DNA from: an uncultured Candidatus Saccharibacteria bacterium
GTDB lineage: Bacteria > Patescibacteriota > Minisyncoccia > Phycocordibacterales > UBA9973
Length of the DNA: 64,000 nt
Assembly: GCA_964450735.1 (NCBI GenBank)
Contig: CAYVDC010000001.1
Location: forward strand, 69,577-133,576
Direction of reading: 5' to 3'
Below are positions 1 through 9,517 of the stretch, piece by piece. The notes below the pieces were generated by a model. It made no database searches. It was not told where the DNA came from and saw only the letters and a list, made by a program, of their open reading frames with translations. A program made the position numbers and the translations under genes. Within the stretch, counting starts at the first letter, position 1. Each line of letters begins with the position of its first letter.

Positions 1-1
1 C

Positions 2-1108
2 AACAACGCCACAGCCTCAGTGACAGGAACTGTAAGTTCAGGCTCATGGGCAAACGTATTTTTGAATTCAAGTTTGTCAGCTTCTGCTGCTGCTAATGAA
101 ATCAAAAAAGTGACAGTGGCTGTTTCAGGATTGGCTGATTATGATGTTCAAGGTGTTCGTGCATTTACATTGTCAGGTTCAGGTATTCTTCCTGCTAACG
201 TATTGAATGCTTACACTGATGCAGATGGAACTAATGTTTATTTCTTCGTAACAGGTTCAAGTGGAACTGTTGTAACAGGTACAACCCTTTGCACATATGT
301 TAAACAAACAAAAGATAATTTTAGAAGTGACTTTGAAGACCGTACAGGCTCATTGACAATTCCTGAATTCAATCTTGACCCACGTTCAGAAACCGTTAAT
401 GCTAAAACTCGTAAGTTGAAAGCAAAATGGACATTTGAAGCAATGCAAGATTACAAGGCTTACTTGTCAATTGATGTGGAACAAGAGATGACACAATTCA
501 TTTCTGATTACGTTGCCACTGAAATTGATTTGGAAGTGTTGGATATGTTGATTTTGAATACTAAATCTACTGAATATTGGACTGCTGATAACAACTTGCA
601 AATCAATGCTGCTAAAACTGCATTTGTACCAATGACAAGTGGTTATTACAATTCACAAGGACAGTGGTTTCAAACACTTGGCACTAAAATGCAAAAAGTG
701 TCTAATGCAATTCACCAAAAAACATTACGTGGTGGTGCAAACTTCATGGTGGTAAGTCCAACAGTGGCAACATTGATTGAATCTATTCCAGGATATGCTG
801 CTGATACAGATGGTGAAAAATGGGAATATGCAATGGGTGTTCAAAAAGTAGGTACGTTAAACTCACGTTTTAAAGTGTTCAAGAATCCTTATTTCACAGA
901 AAACATCATCTTGATGGGTTTCAAAGGAAATAACTTCTTGGAAACAGGTGCAGCTTATTGTCCTTATATTCCATTGATGCTCACTCCTTTAGTGTATGAC
1001 CCTAACACCTTCTCCCCAAGTAAGGGCCTTATCACCAGATATGCTAAGAAGGTTGTACGGGGTGAATTCTACGGTAAGATTGTTGTTGGTGGCTTGAACA
1101 CTATATAA
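2..1108 (+). CDS. gp23: Major capsid protein, T4 gp23-like (5' end lies upstream of the window)
   Basis: The reading frame is open from nt 2 with no upstream stop. The C-terminal block GGANFMVVSP...AYCPYIPLMLTPLVYDPNTFSPSKGLITRYAK aligns with T4 gp23 GEGNFIIASR...IYYAPYVALTPLRGSDPKNFQPVMGFKTRYGI. About 160 N-terminal residues are missing relative to T4 gp23. Confidence 0.9.
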   Translation, partial: NNATASVTGTVSSGSWANVFLNSSLSASAAANEIKKVTVAVSGLADYDVQGVRAFTLSGSGILPANVLNAYTDADGTNVYFFVTGSSGTVVTGTTLCTYVKQTKDNFRSDFEDRTGSLTIPEFNLDPRSETVNAKTRKLKAKWTFEAMQDYKAYLSIDVEQEMTQFISDYVATEIDLEVLDMLILNTKSTEYWTADNNLQINAAKTAFVPMTSGYYNSQGQWFQTLGTKMQKVSNAIHQKTLRGGANFMVVSPTVATLIESIPGYAADTDGEKWEYAMGVQKVGTLNSRFKVFKNPYFTENIILMGFKGNNFLETGAAYCPYIPLMLTPLVYDPNTFSPSKGLITRYAKKVVRGEFYGKIVVGGLNTI

Positions 1109-1134
1109 TTAATAATTTATTTTGTTAATTTCTT

Positions 1135-1170
1135 AAAAGAGAGGGAACTATTCCTTCTCTTTTTTGTTTT
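1135..1170 (+). terminator. Rho-independent terminator after the capsid gene
   Basis: A 13-bp stem aaaagagagggaa / ttccttctctttt (one mismatch) with loop cta is followed by a T-run tttttgttttt, 27 nt after the capsid stop. Confidence 0.65.
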
Positions 1171-1194
1171 TCATGGATAAACTAAATAAATATT

Positions 1195-1812
1195 ATGGCT
1201 TTTTGTAAAAATTGTGGAAAAGAATTGGGAAAAAGACAAACGTCTTTCTGTTCAAACAATTGTAAATTAACTAATAAAGAAAATATTCAATTAAGAACTC
1301 GTAAAAATAAAACAAACGAGAAAAACATTGCATTAAAATCTAAAATTGATGGAAAAATAATTAAAGATGTTAATAATATATCAGGATATGTGACAAGATA
1401 TTTATTAAAACATGGAATTGATGTTGGACAGAATTATCAAGAATATTTTGATATTATTCAATTAGAAGAAGTTCCTGTTTATAAGTCTAAATATTCAGAT
1501 TGGACTACAAAAGATGTTACTAATAAAAGTGGATGGATTACTGTTGAAGTGAAAAAGTACACCACTATTGACGAACATATTAAGAATTATCCAGAAGAAG
1601 CTCATTTATTTAAGACTGATATAAGAGCTATTGAAAGGGCTAATGATGGAAAACATAGACTCGAATGTAAAGTGTGTGGAGAGAAACTTGAATTCATATC
1701 AGAACTTCATCTTAGAAAACATGGAATGACAACGTTTCAATATAAATTAAAATACGGATTTCCTGAAATATTCGGAAGAGATGTCATAGCTAAATTAAAA
1801 AAAAAACTATGA
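1195..1812 (+). CDS. Hypothetical zinc-finger protein (N-terminal CxxC...CxxC ribbon; C-terminal CxxC...HxxxH Ros/MucR-like finger)
   Basis: Motifs CKNCG...CSNNC at the N-terminus and CKVCGEKLEFISELHLRKHG at the C-terminus. The function is not recognised. Confidence 0.5.
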   Translation: MAFCKNCGKELGKRQTSFCSNNCKLTNKENIQLRTRKNKTNEKNIALKSKIDGKIIKDVNNISGYVTRYLLKHGIDVGQNYQEYFDIIQLEEVPVYKSKYSDWTTKDVTNKSGWITVEVKKYTTIDEHIKNYPEEAHLFKTDIRAIERANDGKHRLECKVCGEKLEFISELHLRKHGMTTFQYKLKYGFPEIFGRDVIAKLKKKL

Positions 1813-1813
1813 A

Positions 1814-2383
1814 GTGAATGATAATATAAAAAAAATGAATCATAGGTCTAAACCTGAGATTGAAATTGAAAATTTTTTAAAAGAAAATGGAATTGAATAT
1901 TTCAATAATAGCAGAGATTTTACAGATGGACATGAAGTTGATTTTTTAATTCCTGATTTCAATTTAGCTATTGAATATAATGGAATATACTATCATTCTG
2001 AGATAATGGGAGGAAAAGATAAAAGTTATCATTTAGACAAATTAAATACTTGTTCAAAATATGGAATACGGCTTATTACTATTTTTGAAGATGAATGGCT
2101 TTTGAATAAAGAAATTGTTCTTTCTAAACTTAGGAATTTATTAAATTTATCTTCTGAAAAAATATATGCGAGGAAATGTATTATAACAGAAATTGATTCT
2201 GCTACTTCTAATTCATTTTTAGAAAAAACTCATTTACAGGGAAAATGTAGCTCTACTGTAAAATTAGGAGCATTTTTGAATGAAGAATTGATTGCTGTGA
2301 TGACATTTTCGACAGGAAGAATTGCACTTGGGGCTAAAAACATAGAAAATGAGTATGAATTAGTCAGATATTCAACAAATTAA
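1814..2383 (+). CDS. PD-(D/E)XK nuclease-like protein (Vsr/DUF559-type), homing-endonuclease-like
   Basis: EVDFLIPDFNLAIEYNGIYYHS matches the D...(I/V)E.DG..H core of Vsr/DUF559 restriction-endonuclease-fold proteins. It sits right after the capsid gene, where T4 carries the free-standing endonuclease segD. Confidence 0.45.
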   Translation: MNDNIKKMNHRSKPEIEIENFLKENGIEYFNNSRDFTDGHEVDFLIPDFNLAIEYNGIYYHSEIMGGKDKSYHLDKLNTCSKYGIRLITIFEDEWLLNKEIVLSKLRNLLNLSSEKIYARKCIITEIDSATSNSFLEKTHLQGKCSSTVKLGAFLNEELIAVMTFSTGRIALGAKNIENEYELVRYSTN

Positions 2384-2400
2384 ATGCAAATTGCGTAGGG

Positions 2401-2730
2401 TTGTTTTCTAAAATGTTAAATTATTTTATTAAAACATATTCTCCAAATATTATTAATTCTTATGGAGATTTAAGATGGACTGATTTGAAAAATAATGTTT
2501 ATTTGAAAAATGGATTTGAATTAATATCAATTAGTCGTCCTAATTATTGGTACACTCATAAACATAAGAATAGAATTCATAGATATAATTTCAGAAAACA
2601 TAAATTGATTGAAATGGGTGCTGACAAAAATAAATCAGAATGGGAGATTATGAAGGAATTTAATTATGATAGAATTTGGGATTGTGGGAATGGAAAATAT
2701 TCCCTTATAATTAATAGAAATTTAAAATGA
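2401..2730 (+). pseudogene. Possible 3' remnant or partner ORF of the upstream endonuclease (split gene?)
   Basis: It starts 18 nt after the previous stop with a non-ATG start (TTG at 2401; first ATG at 2413). It is a basic, Tyr/Trp-rich putative DNA-binding segment (NYWYTHKHKNRIHRYNFRKHKL). Its arrangement is consistent with a frameshifted two-domain homing endonuclease. Confidence 0.3.
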
Positions 2731-2824
2731 ATATAATGGTGGTTATCAAATAGTTCGTCGATTGTGGGGCAAATTTGGTGGCTTAAATTCGATTTTAAGA
2801 AGCATTTGATTTAATTTTGTTCTT

Positions 2825-2837
2825 ATTTATATAAAAC
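2825..2837 (+). promoter_or_regulatory. Late-promoter-like motif ATTTATATAAAAC, 12 nt upstream of phoH
   Basis: A member of the recurring TATTTATATAAAA family (see findings). It resembles the T4 late promoter TATAAATA. Confidence 0.45.
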
Positions 2838-2849
2838 AACATTAAAATT

Positions 2850-3509
2850 ATGTCTTCCACAGAAATTATCAAAGCGAAACGTATTCCAAAACAACCTGTA
2901 TCCTTCAAAGTTACTCTTACAGATGAACAAAAAGAAGGAAAGCGAAAAATATATGAAAATAAAGTGACAGCATTGTGGTCTCCCGCAGGAACATCAAAAT
3001 CATTTTTAGCTGTTCATACAGCGTTAGATTTATTTTTCAAAAAAGAGGTGGATAAAATATATATTTTGAGACCTGCTGTTGCAATGGAAGATTTGGGTTA
3101 TCAAAAAGGAAGTTTACAGGAAAAATTACAATATTATTTTGTTCCTCTCATGCACAATTTCTATCAGAATTATGATAAAATGAAAATTGATAAAATGGTG
3201 GAGAAAGGAGAGATAGAAATTGTTGCATTAGCTTTTATTCAAGGTGTCACTATTCATAATGCCATTTTAATTTGCGATGAAGCTGAGAATATCACAGAAA
3301 AACAAATGAGAATGATATTAACTCGACTTGGAAAAGGTTCTAAAATTATTTTCACAGGTGATGTTGACCAAATTATGTTAAAAGATGTTAAATCTTCTGG
3401 ATTTAAGAAATTAATTGATTTAGATGGTCGTTTAAATGGATTTGGAACATTTGAATTGAAACAAAATTACAGAGATGAGTTTGTACAAGAAATTTTAAAA
3501 TTATATTAA
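2850..3509 (+). CDS. phoH: PhoH-like ATPase
   Basis: P-loop-like SPAGTSKS; ILRPAV...ILICDEAENIT (Walker B) ...IIFTGDVDQI. This is the typical phage PhoH core. Confidence 0.8.
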   Translation: MSSTEIIKAKRIPKQPVSFKVTLTDEQKEGKRKIYENKVTALWSPAGTSKSFLAVHTALDLFFKKEVDKIYILRPAVAMEDLGYQKGSLQEKLQYYFVPLMHNFYQNYDKMKIDKMVEKGEIEIVALAFIQGVTIHNAILICDEAENITEKQMRMILTRLGKGSKIIFTGDVDQIMLKDVKSSGFKKLIDLDGRLNGFGTFELKQNYRDEFVQEILKLY

Positions 3510-3513
3510 TAAA

Positions 3514-4188
3514 GTGAATATTATTCTTTCAGATGGAACGCTACATTCGTTAGACACTTCCATCCCGTTCATTCGTGAACATTTTTCAAATCCAATTAAT
3601 CATGCTGTAACAATTCTCAATCAAATAAATGAGGGAATGTATAGCGACTTCATTGAAGAAAATGATGTTGTTGTTGATTGTGGAGCTAATATTGGATTGT
3701 TTTCTATTTACGCAAGTGGAATTGCTAAACAAGTGATAAGTGTCGAACCCACTCCTTCTCATTTTGCTATTCTTCAACAATTAACAAATGTATTTGAAAA
3801 TATTTTTCCTATTAATTGTGCCATTGGTGCTAATATGGGAAAAACTAAATTTTATTTTTCAAATTCAAATACAACAATGAATTCTTTAATTCAAAGAGAT
3901 GGGGAAGAAATTGAAGTAGATTGTTTTGATTTAAAAGGAATTATTTCAGAATTTAACCTCGATGGAATAGATTTTCTTAAAATTGATATAGAAGGAAGTG
4001 AAAAATATTTTTTAAATGAAAATAATTTGTTATATTTGCAAAATAAAGTGAAAAAGTTCTTTATTGAATTCCATGAAGTAGATGGAAAATCTTATTCTCA
4101 AATGAGAGAAGAATTTATCCCAATATTTTCTTCTTTAGGGTTTGATGTCAATAAAATTAGTGTGGATGCTTTATTTTGTAGAAAATAA
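3514..4188 (+). CDS. FkbM-family SAM-dependent methyltransferase
   Basis: VVDCGANIGLFSIYAS is the FkbM glycine-rich SAM-binding motif. The size (224 aa) fits that family. Confidence 0.65.
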   Translation: MNIILSDGTLHSLDTSIPFIREHFSNPINHAVTILNQINEGMYSDFIEENDVVVDCGANIGLFSIYASGIAKQVISVEPTPSHFAILQQLTNVFENIFPINCAIGANMGKTKFYFSNSNTTMNSLIQRDGEEIEVDCFDLKGIISEFNLDGIDFLKIDIEGSEKYFLNENNLLYLQNKVKKFFIEFHEVDGKSYSQMREEFIPIFSSLGFDVNKISVDALFCRK

Positions 4189-4190
4189 TT

Positions 4191-4529
4191 ATGGATAATA
4201 TCAACTATTCACTTCTCGTAAACGAATTGGGAGCTAATTTAGAACATGAATACGATGTTGAAATAGATATTCATTATATTAAATCAACAAATTCAGTTGA
4301 ACTGAGTAAAATTGTTGTACCAAAAGACAAAAGGAATCGCGGAATCGGTAAATTTGTTATGGATAAAATATGTGAATTTCTTGATAAATATTCACTTAGA
4401 ATGACCTTAACCCCAGCAAGTGATTTTGGTGGAAACAAACCCCGTTTAAAATTATTTTACAAAAAATTTGGAGTTATTCCATATAAAGGATTTGAATTTA
4501 AAAATACAATGATTAGAAATCCAAAATAA
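4191..4529 (+). CDS. Small GNAT-like acetyltransferase (tentative)
   Basis: RNRGIGKFVMDKICEF fits the GNAT motif A (R/Q-x-x-G-x-G/A). The protein is only 112 aa. Confidence 0.35.
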   Translation: MDNINYSLLVNELGANLEHEYDVEIDIHYIKSTNSVELSKIVVPKDKRNRGIGKFVMDKICEFLDKYSLRMTLTPASDFGGNKPRLKLFYKKFGVIPYKGFEFKNTMIRNPK

Positions 4530-4531
4530 TT

Positions 4532-4801
4532 ATGTACATGGTAAATGAAGTTCCAGTAGTGACAGCCCCAACATTTGAAGATTGGATAAATAGAAAATAT
4601 GATTGTAATATTTCTATTAAATATGATTATAATAATTTCGGAAACACCCTACTTGTTAATTATGTTGATGGAATTGAAAAGGTTATAGGTGATTTACAAA
4701 AATATTGTGATAACTTAAACATGAAACTTTCAATAGAAAGAGCATGTGTAAATAAAAGAGTTCCATTATACATAAAACCTCTTAGTGAATATGAATTTTA
4801 G
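4532..4801 (+). CDS. Hypothetical protein
   Basis: An 89-aa ORF packed into the operon, overlapping the next gene by 17 nt. Confidence 0.4.
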   Translation: MYMVNEVPVVTAPTFEDWINRKYDCNISIKYDYNNFGNTLLVNYVDGIEKVIGDLQKYCDNLNMKLSIERACVNKRVPLYIKPLSEYEF

Positions 4802-5552
4802 TGTAGCTTTTTGTTCCCATGTTTCTGATGATTGGTATTATTCAGTGGGTGCTGATAAATTACAAAAATCAATGAAATATTTTCATCCTGATATTCCATT
4901 TTTCTTATTTGGAGATAAGGAATTGAATTATTTATTTGGTTTACATCCTAATATCAATTGGAACACCGTCAATCCATTTGTAATCTCTCTATTGAAGGAA
5001 AAATATGATGTTGTCTATCATTTTGATGCCGATAGTATGGTGTTTGGAAAGATGGATGAACTTCTATCTCCTTCTATTTTAGAATATGATGTTATTGGGG
5101 TTAGAAATAACAATGATATTGATAGAGCAGGAAAAGACAATCCGATTACACATGGAAATATTCCTGTTCAAAAATATCTAAATGCAGGGCTTGTTGGTGT
5201 TGTTAATAATGATTTTTTAGAAGATTGGAAAAAGAATAATATTGAAATTGCTAATAGACTTCCTTTTCAAGAACAGAGTGTTTTAAATATGTTATGTTAT
5301 GAAACAGATAGCTATAAAACGCTAATTGTTGACCCAATGGATAGCAATGTTCATTATGGAATATCAGGTCTTTATGGAATAAATACCCATTGGGACAGTT
5401 GGAAAAACATGAGACTTGAAGGGGAGAATGTGATGTTAAAAGATAAAATTGTAAAAGTGGTACATCATGCAGGAGGACATAATTCAAATAAACTTTCTTT
5501 TGATATGTTTTCAGAAAATATACAATCTAAATTGAATGAAATTATTAATTAA
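4785..5552 (+). CDS. Glycosyltransferase, GT8-like (nucleotide-diphospho-sugar transferase fold)
   Basis: DXD motif HFDADSMVF; YLNAGLVGVVN matches the GT8 N(A/S)G-hydrophobic motif; C-terminal HHAGGHNSNK matches the GT8 H..G..K motif. Confidence 0.55.
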   Translation: MNMNFSVAFCSHVSDDWYYSVGADKLQKSMKYFHPDIPFFLFGDKELNYLFGLHPNINWNTVNPFVISLLKEKYDVVYHFDADSMVFGKMDELLSPSILEYDVIGVRNNNDIDRAGKDNPITHGNIPVQKYLNAGLVGVVNNDFLEDWKKNNIEIANRLPFQEQSVLNMLCYETDSYKTLIVDPMDSNVHYGISGLYGINTHWDSWKNMRLEGENVMLKDKIVKVVHHAGGHNSNKLSFDMFSENIQSKLNEIIN

Positions 5553-6201
5553 GCAACCATTTGGGTTAGGAGATATAATGTTTTGTTCTCCATTAGTAAA
5601 CCTTTTTGATAAACAACATGAATATATTTGGAAAGTGGAAGACCAATTTTTATGGCTCAAAGATTATATTCAATTCGATGAAAATGTTAAATTAGTAGGA
5701 CTTTCTGAAAATGTAGAGACGAAAGGAATTATTAATTTACAAGATGCTCAACAAACATTTGGTGGAGATTGTATGTCTGCTAAATATAGAATGTTCAATT
5801 TAGATTTTAATATTTGGAAAACACTTAAATTTAAAGTGAATTTACAAAGATGTAATAATTTAGCAAAAAAATTAAAAATAGATTTGAATAAAAAAGAACA
5901 TATTGTTCTTAATTATAACTTTGCCAATCCATCTCTTAAATACAAATACTCAGGACAATTTGATATTTCTCCAAAAAGTAGAGTAGTGAATATGGAATAT
6001 GTCAATGGATATACAATGTTCGATTGGTATTTGATTTTAAAATATGCTAAAGAAATCCATACAGTAAGCACTTCGACATTTTATTTAATATCCTTGATTG
6101 ATACAATAGGAACTTGTCATCTTTATCCAAGACTTCCAATGGAGAATAATTTAGATGCTATTCGTCCTATTATAACAGAAAAATGGAAACTCCATGAGTA
6201 A
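5536..6201 (+). CDS. Hypothetical protein with GT9 (heptosyltransferase)-like N-terminus
   Basis: MKLLIKQPFGLGDIMFCSPLVNLF resembles the GT9 N-terminus MKILIIR.s.lGDvvlttP. At 221 aa it is shorter than typical GT9 enzymes. Confidence 0.3.
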   Translation: MKLLIKQPFGLGDIMFCSPLVNLFDKQHEYIWKVEDQFLWLKDYIQFDENVKLVGLSENVETKGIINLQDAQQTFGGDCMSAKYRMFNLDFNIWKTLKFKVNLQRCNNLAKKLKIDLNKKEHIVLNYNFANPSLKYKYSGQFDISPKSRVVNMEYVNGYTMFDWYLILKYAKEIHTVSTSTFYLISLIDTIGTCHLYPRLPMENNLDAIRPIITEKWKLHE

Positions 6202-6913
6202 AATTCATGTTCTTTTAAGACATAATGTTAATTCAATTAATAGAAAGCAAAACGTTAGACCTGAGTGGTTTTCGTATCAATCTTGTTTCGATTCATTATT
6301 ATTGACACATTCAAAAGATGTCACTTTTGATATTCTTTTGGATGGAGGAAATGTAAATTCCCACCATGTAAATTTTAGAAATATCAATAATGTTTATGAA
6401 GTGCAATGTGGAACAGACGCTTCTTCATTTTTAGAATTATTATATTTTGTTAAAAAGAATTATTTAGATGGAAAATGGGGACTTAATGATGTTGTTTATT
6501 TTGTAGAAGATGATTATTTACATTTGAATAAATGGGATGTTATTCTTTCAGAAGGAATACAGTTGAATAAAAATGGATATGTTTCATTGTATGACCACCC
6601 TGATAAATATTTTCTTCCCATGTATTCAGAATTAAAATCCAAATTATACATTGGGAATTATTCTCATTGGAGGGAGACCCCCTCTTGCTGTAACACCTAT
6701 GCGTGTAGAATAGAAACTCTTATTAGAGATTTTGACATACATGAACATTATTCTCTTCCTGAACATACATTTGATGGATATGACCATCATAAATTTCTTT
6801 CATTAAATAAAAAAGGGAGTTTTTTAATATCTCCTATTCGAGCATTTAGTACACATTGTGAAAATAATTTTCTTAGTCCATTTGTAAATTGGGAAAGACA
6901 TGCAAAAAATTAA
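6194..6913 (+). CDS. Hypothetical protein in the carbohydrate cluster (possible DxD transferase)
   Basis: VVYFVEDDY is DxD-like. There is no firm family assignment. Confidence 0.3.
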   Translation: MSKIHVLLRHNVNSINRKQNVRPEWFSYQSCFDSLLLTHSKDVTFDILLDGGNVNSHHVNFRNINNVYEVQCGTDASSFLELLYFVKKNYLDGKWGLNDVVYFVEDDYLHLNKWDVILSEGIQLNKNGYVSLYDHPDKYFLPMYSELKSKLYIGNYSHWRETPSCCNTYACRIETLIRDFDIHEHYSLPEHTFDGYDHHKFLSLNKKGSFLISPIRAFSTHCENNFLSPFVNWERHAKN

Positions 6914-7547
6914 ATATGATGTAAAGAGATTTGATTGGAGTGGAATAATATCTGATGTTTTAGGTGTTAAAGGAATTGAATTATCTGAACTTAGAAGAGA
7001 TGGAATAGATGTTTTTAGAAGAGAAAATGACCAATCAACCATCTATCATAAATTGTTTTATGAATTCACTTCTAATATTACGTTCAAATCGCTCTATACA
7101 TCTTTTATTAAAGAAGTAGTTAGACCTTTATATGACGAATCCATGATTTATCAGACCATTCCCACCTTTAGAATTTGTTTTCCCGAAAATATAGCTGTTG
7201 GAGAATTTCATAGAGATAAATGGTATAGAGATGGAAAATGGGCTGATAAAGTGAAAGAAGATAATTTCTTTCTTCCATTTACACATGCTTTCGGAACTAA
7301 TACGATACAAGTAGAGAGCGAAGAAGGTAAATGTGATTATTCACCAATGGAATGTGCATATGGATGTCTTATAAAATGGGATGGTAGTAATTTAATGCAC
7401 GGGAATTACATTAATAAAACTGGAAAATGTAGAGTGAGTGTTGATTTTAGAGTGATTAAATTTTCCAATTATATTCCAAGTGAGCATGGAAGTATTAACA
7501 TGAAAACTAAATTTAAACTTGGAAATTATTACTCATTTATGCAATGA
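6900..7547 (+). CDS. 2OG-Fe(II) oxygenase / PhyH-like protein (tentative)
   Basis: GEFHRDKWY (H-x-D) plus a distal LMHGNY histidine fit a 2-His-1-carboxylate facial triad, at the spacing seen in PhyH-like hydroxylases of sugar clusters. Confidence 0.35.
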   Translation: MQKIKYDVKRFDWSGIISDVLGVKGIELSELRRDGIDVFRRENDQSTIYHKLFYEFTSNITFKSLYTSFIKEVVRPLYDESMIYQTIPTFRICFPENIAVGEFHRDKWYRDGKWADKVKEDNFFLPFTHAFGTNTIQVESEEGKCDYSPMECAYGCLIKWDGSNLMHGNYINKTGKCRVSVDFRVIKFSNYIPSEHGSINMKTKFKLGNYYSFMQ

Positions 7548-8308
7548 AAATATCTGTTATTATTCCCACTTATAAAAGCCCCCAAATTCTTGATTTGTGC
7601 CTACTTTCTGCCATAGATGGACAATGTAATCAAAATGAAATCATCGTCGTCGTAGATGGCTTCTATGAGCTAAATAAGGCTATATTAGAAAAACATTCTC
7701 AACATATAAAAATTTTAAACTTAATGGAGAATGTTGGAACAATCAAAGCTACTAATTTAGGAATATATTCGGCTTCACATGAATATATTTTAGTAGTGAA
7801 TGATGATAATATTTTTCCAAAGAATTGGGATGTTCGTCTAAATGCTTCTATTGACAATTATAAAAATAATTTTATATTAAGTCCCAATCAAATTGAACCA
7901 TTTCCTTCTATTTTCAAAGAATTTGTTATTAAAGATTTTGGAAGAAATGAAGAAACATTTGATAAACATTCATTTGATGAATTTTGTTTAACATTAAATG
8001 GAGACGTGAAGGAAAATGGTGCAAGTTTTCCATTCTTTATGAAGAAATTAGATTATTTACGAGTGGGTGGATTGGAACAATATCCATCTCCTTCGGGATT
8101 TGTTTCTGATTGGGAGTTTTTTATCAAATGTGAAATGAATGGATTGAAAATGTTAAGAGATTTTGGACTTCACTTCTATCATTTTGTTTCTGTTTCCACT
8201 AAAAATGAGGAACAAATAGCAAAATCAAGAATATTTGAGGCTAATTGTCATAAATATTTTGAATATAAATGGGGATTTAGAGCCTATAATAAACTATTAT
8301 CTAATTAA
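7544..8308 (+). CDS. Glycosyltransferase family 2
   Basis: MKISVIIPTYKSPQILDLCLLSAIDGQ...EIIVVVDG is the canonical GT2 N-terminus, and VVNDDNIF supplies the DxD. Confidence 0.8.
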   Translation: MKISVIIPTYKSPQILDLCLLSAIDGQCNQNEIIVVVDGFYELNKAILEKHSQHIKILNLMENVGTIKATNLGIYSASHEYILVVNDDNIFPKNWDVRLNASIDNYKNNFILSPNQIEPFPSIFKEFVIKDFGRNEETFDKHSFDEFCLTLNGDVKENGASFPFFMKKLDYLRVGGLEQYPSPSGFVSDWEFFIKCEMNGLKMLRDFGLHFYHFVSVSTKNEEQIAKSRIFEANCHKYFEYKWGFRAYNKLLSN

Positions 8309-8315
8309 GCATAAT

Positions 8316-8345
8316 TTCCAATATTTATATAAAAGAATATTGGAA
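8316..8345 (+). promoter_or_regulatory. Inverted repeat (ttccaatat / atattggaa) bracketing the late-promoter motif ATATTTATATAAAAG (8321-8335) and ending on the next ATG
   Basis: A 9-bp perfect inverted repeat; the loop contains the promoter-like motif; the 3' arm overlaps the ATG at 8345. Confidence 0.45.
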
Positions 8346-9517
8346 TGAATATAGATATTTGGAACGGCAGTTCTTCATTTTCCGCAGGACAAACATCATT
8401 TGGTTACTTTGATAGCGATGCTTCATTTATAGCAGATGCTGACAAGGTAGCCATTTTTTGTGCTAATTCTCTTGGATTTCCAATGGTTCAAGTGGAACTT
8501 GATTCGGGTTCTTTCTACAAAGCATTTGAACAAGCTGTTATGGATTATGCCAATGAGGTGTATGGACAACAGTTAGTAGATAATTTCTATTCCCTTCAAG
8601 GAACTCCCACAGGAAGTAATTTAAACAACGTTCTTGTCACCCCTTCTCTTGGGTCGATTATCAGGATTTCCAAAACATACGGAGCAGAAGCAGGAAGTGG
8701 TGGAGATATAAATGTATATTCGGGTTCTATCAAATTACATCCAAACGTTCAAGTGTATAATTTGAATGAATGGGCGGCAAATTCAGCTTCATTAACAGTA
8801 GGAGATTCAATTGAAATTAAAAGAATCTATTATCAACGTCCCCCATCAGTAGTTCAATACTATGACCCATTAGCGGGAAGTGGACTTGGAATGACTTCAT
8901 TAATGGATAGTTTTGGATTTAACGGCTACACTCCTGCAATAAATTATACATTGTTTCCATTGAATATGGACGCACTTAGAATTCAATCTATTGAATTGAA
9001 TAATGATATAAGACGTTCAGGATATTCCTTTGAATTAATGGGAAATGTTCTTAGAATTTTTCCTATCCCCACCGTTGAAACTTCTCTTTGGATTAATTAT
9101 ATTAAACAATCGGAACGCAATTCAAGCATTCTCACCACATCAGGTTCAGGTCTTGGAAGTGGACAGAGTGGACTAATCACCAATCCATCCAACGCTCCTT
9201 ATGCTAACATCACCTACTCCACAATCAATTCATTAGGAAAGTCGTGGATATTCAGATACACATTAGCATTATGTAAAAGGAAATTGGGATATGTGAGAGG
9301 AAAGTATTCAAGCATACCAATTCCAAATTCAGATGTAACATTAAATCAAGGAGATTTACTAAGTGGTGCTGATAATGAAATTACACAATTATTAGACCAA
9401 TTGAGAGATATGTTGGATAAGACATCCCGTAAATCTCAAATAGAATTACAAAATCAACAAGTGAATTATGTTAGAGACACCCTTTCAAATGTACCAATGG
9501 TAATTTATGTAAGATGA
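8345..9517 (+). CDS. Virion structural protein (baseplate/neck candidate)
   Basis: A 390-aa ORF preceded by the late-promoter motif. It heads a translationally coupled operon (ATGA overlaps) that leads into the fibre genes. Confidence 0.5.
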   Translation: MNIDIWNGSSSFSAGQTSFGYFDSDASFIADADKVAIFCANSLGFPMVQVELDSGSFYKAFEQAVMDYANEVYGQQLVDNFYSLQGTPTGSNLNNVLVTPSLGSIIRISKTYGAEAGSGGDINVYSGSIKLHPNVQVYNLNEWAANSASLTVGDSIEIKRIYYQRPPSVVQYYDPLAGSGLGMTSLMDSFGFNGYTPAINYTLFPLNMDALRIQSIELNNDIRRSGYSFELMGNVLRIFPIPTVETSLWINYIKQSERNSSILTTSGSGLGSGQSGLITNPSNAPYANITYSTINSLGKSWIFRYTLALCKRKLGYVRGKYSSIPIPNSDVTLNQGDLLSGADNEITQLLDQLRDMLDKTSRKSQIELQNQQVNYVRDTLSNVPMVIYVR

